A stretch of 63,583 nt of DNA, the filler included, from Octopus bimaculoides (Eukaryota): assembly GCF_001194135.2 (NCBI RefSeq). It is 6 parts of 5 records of this genome, joined end to end, with 100 filler letters (N's around TTAATTAATTAA, not from the genome) between each part and the next. Parts side by side here need not be neighbours in the genome. Positions count along the whole stretch, not along the records: positions 61,876 to 63,583 come from NW_026416975.1; 5 more parts are not named here. One strand, written 5' to 3'. Made by a program: the position numbers and the translations under genes. Shown piece after piece: positions 62,871 to 63,583 of the stretch. The notes below the pieces were generated by a model. The model was not told the DNA's origin, made no database searches, and saw only the letters and a program-made list of their open reading frames with translations. Positions within the stretch are counted from its first letter, which is position 1; each line of letters opens with the position of its first letter.

Positions 62871-63308
62871 ATACAAACAATAATTAAAAACTATTCTGTG
62901 ACAAGATCAACTGATATTATATCATATTACTGTAACAATAAGCAACAATTCAACTAATTAATGAAATAATATAACTCTGTGAAATACACGTTTTCTTAGC
63001 ACTAAAGTTTTTATACTATCCGTTCATTGAATATACCGTAAGATTTGATAAGATCAGACAAAGAACATCAAATTCGGATACTAGTCAGATTCAGTTATTG
63101 TGTATGCGATGTTATACATTATAAATTCAATATGATAAGAAACAGTTTATTTGACTTCACAGCAGGTAACATATCAATTTGTTTTACTCTAACATAAGAT
63201 TGTGCTTAAAGCTGTGAGACAAACACTATAAGCGATTAGCTGAGAACATATCAAAGAGAATTTAAAACATTTGAAGTGGAAAATACGTAGGAAGTGTCAA
63301 ATACTTAC

Positions 63309-63496
63309 AAATATACAACATACGTCGGAATCGGTTGTGGGACTGATGTTAGATTGCGCTTTTGACAATTTATATTTGTAAATGAATTGCAAGTACATAT
63401 CTTGCATATAGATGAATCAGCATGAGCCTCCAAAGCCAATATCGTACACAGTATCAACACAAGAGTCCGTTTATATGATACTATGTGGTGAAGCAT
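63309..63496 (-). CDS. First coding exon of a secreted or type I membrane leucine-rich repeat protein (signal peptide + LRRNT cap)
   Basis: Acceptor ttttcttcttttacag at 63517, 20-nt UTR, then MLHHIVSYKRTLVLILCTILALEAHA|DSSICKICTCNSFTNINCQKRNLTSVPQPIPTYVVY(L). Donor TT|gtaagt splits the Leu codon (phase 2). C-xx-C-x-C...C..NLTSVP..IP is the LRRNT consensus. Confidence 0.88.
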
Positions 63497-63583
63497 ATTT
63501 CCAGACGTAGATTTATCTGTAAAAGAAGAAAATAGGTAATACCAGAGATTTCAATGTTATTAACTTCACACTGCAGATTCTCC

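Overview
AT-rich, gap-riddled, microsatellite-dense eukaryotic scaffold. The tRNA-derived SINE families look like cephalopod, most likely Octopus, repeats (recognition, not a database result). Most of the window is transposon debris: Tc1 (DD34E), mariner, maT (DD37D), a Tigger-like MITE, two Chapaev-type elements, a Penelope-like element, RTE fragments, three SINE families, and at least six subfamilies of R4/Dong-type RLE retrotransposons whose visible ends mostly abut (AAT)n/(AAC)n microsatellites. Two host genes are supported by splice-signal-bounded exons. (1) A + strand MS4A/CD20-like membrane protein: last TM exon 26896-27006 and a PPxY-tail terminal exon 28477-28686; upstream exons were not found. 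(2) A - strand signal peptide + LRRNT first coding exon at 63309-63496; downstream exons were not found. Five identical 100-bp N44-TTAATTAATTAA-N44 spacers mark artificial scaffold joins, so continuity across them is unverified. No clearly new multi-gene system was found. The best leads are the microsatellite-targeted retroelement community with a possible non-autonomous partner, the MS4A-like gene, the LRR receptor exon and a STAT/ETS motif cluster.
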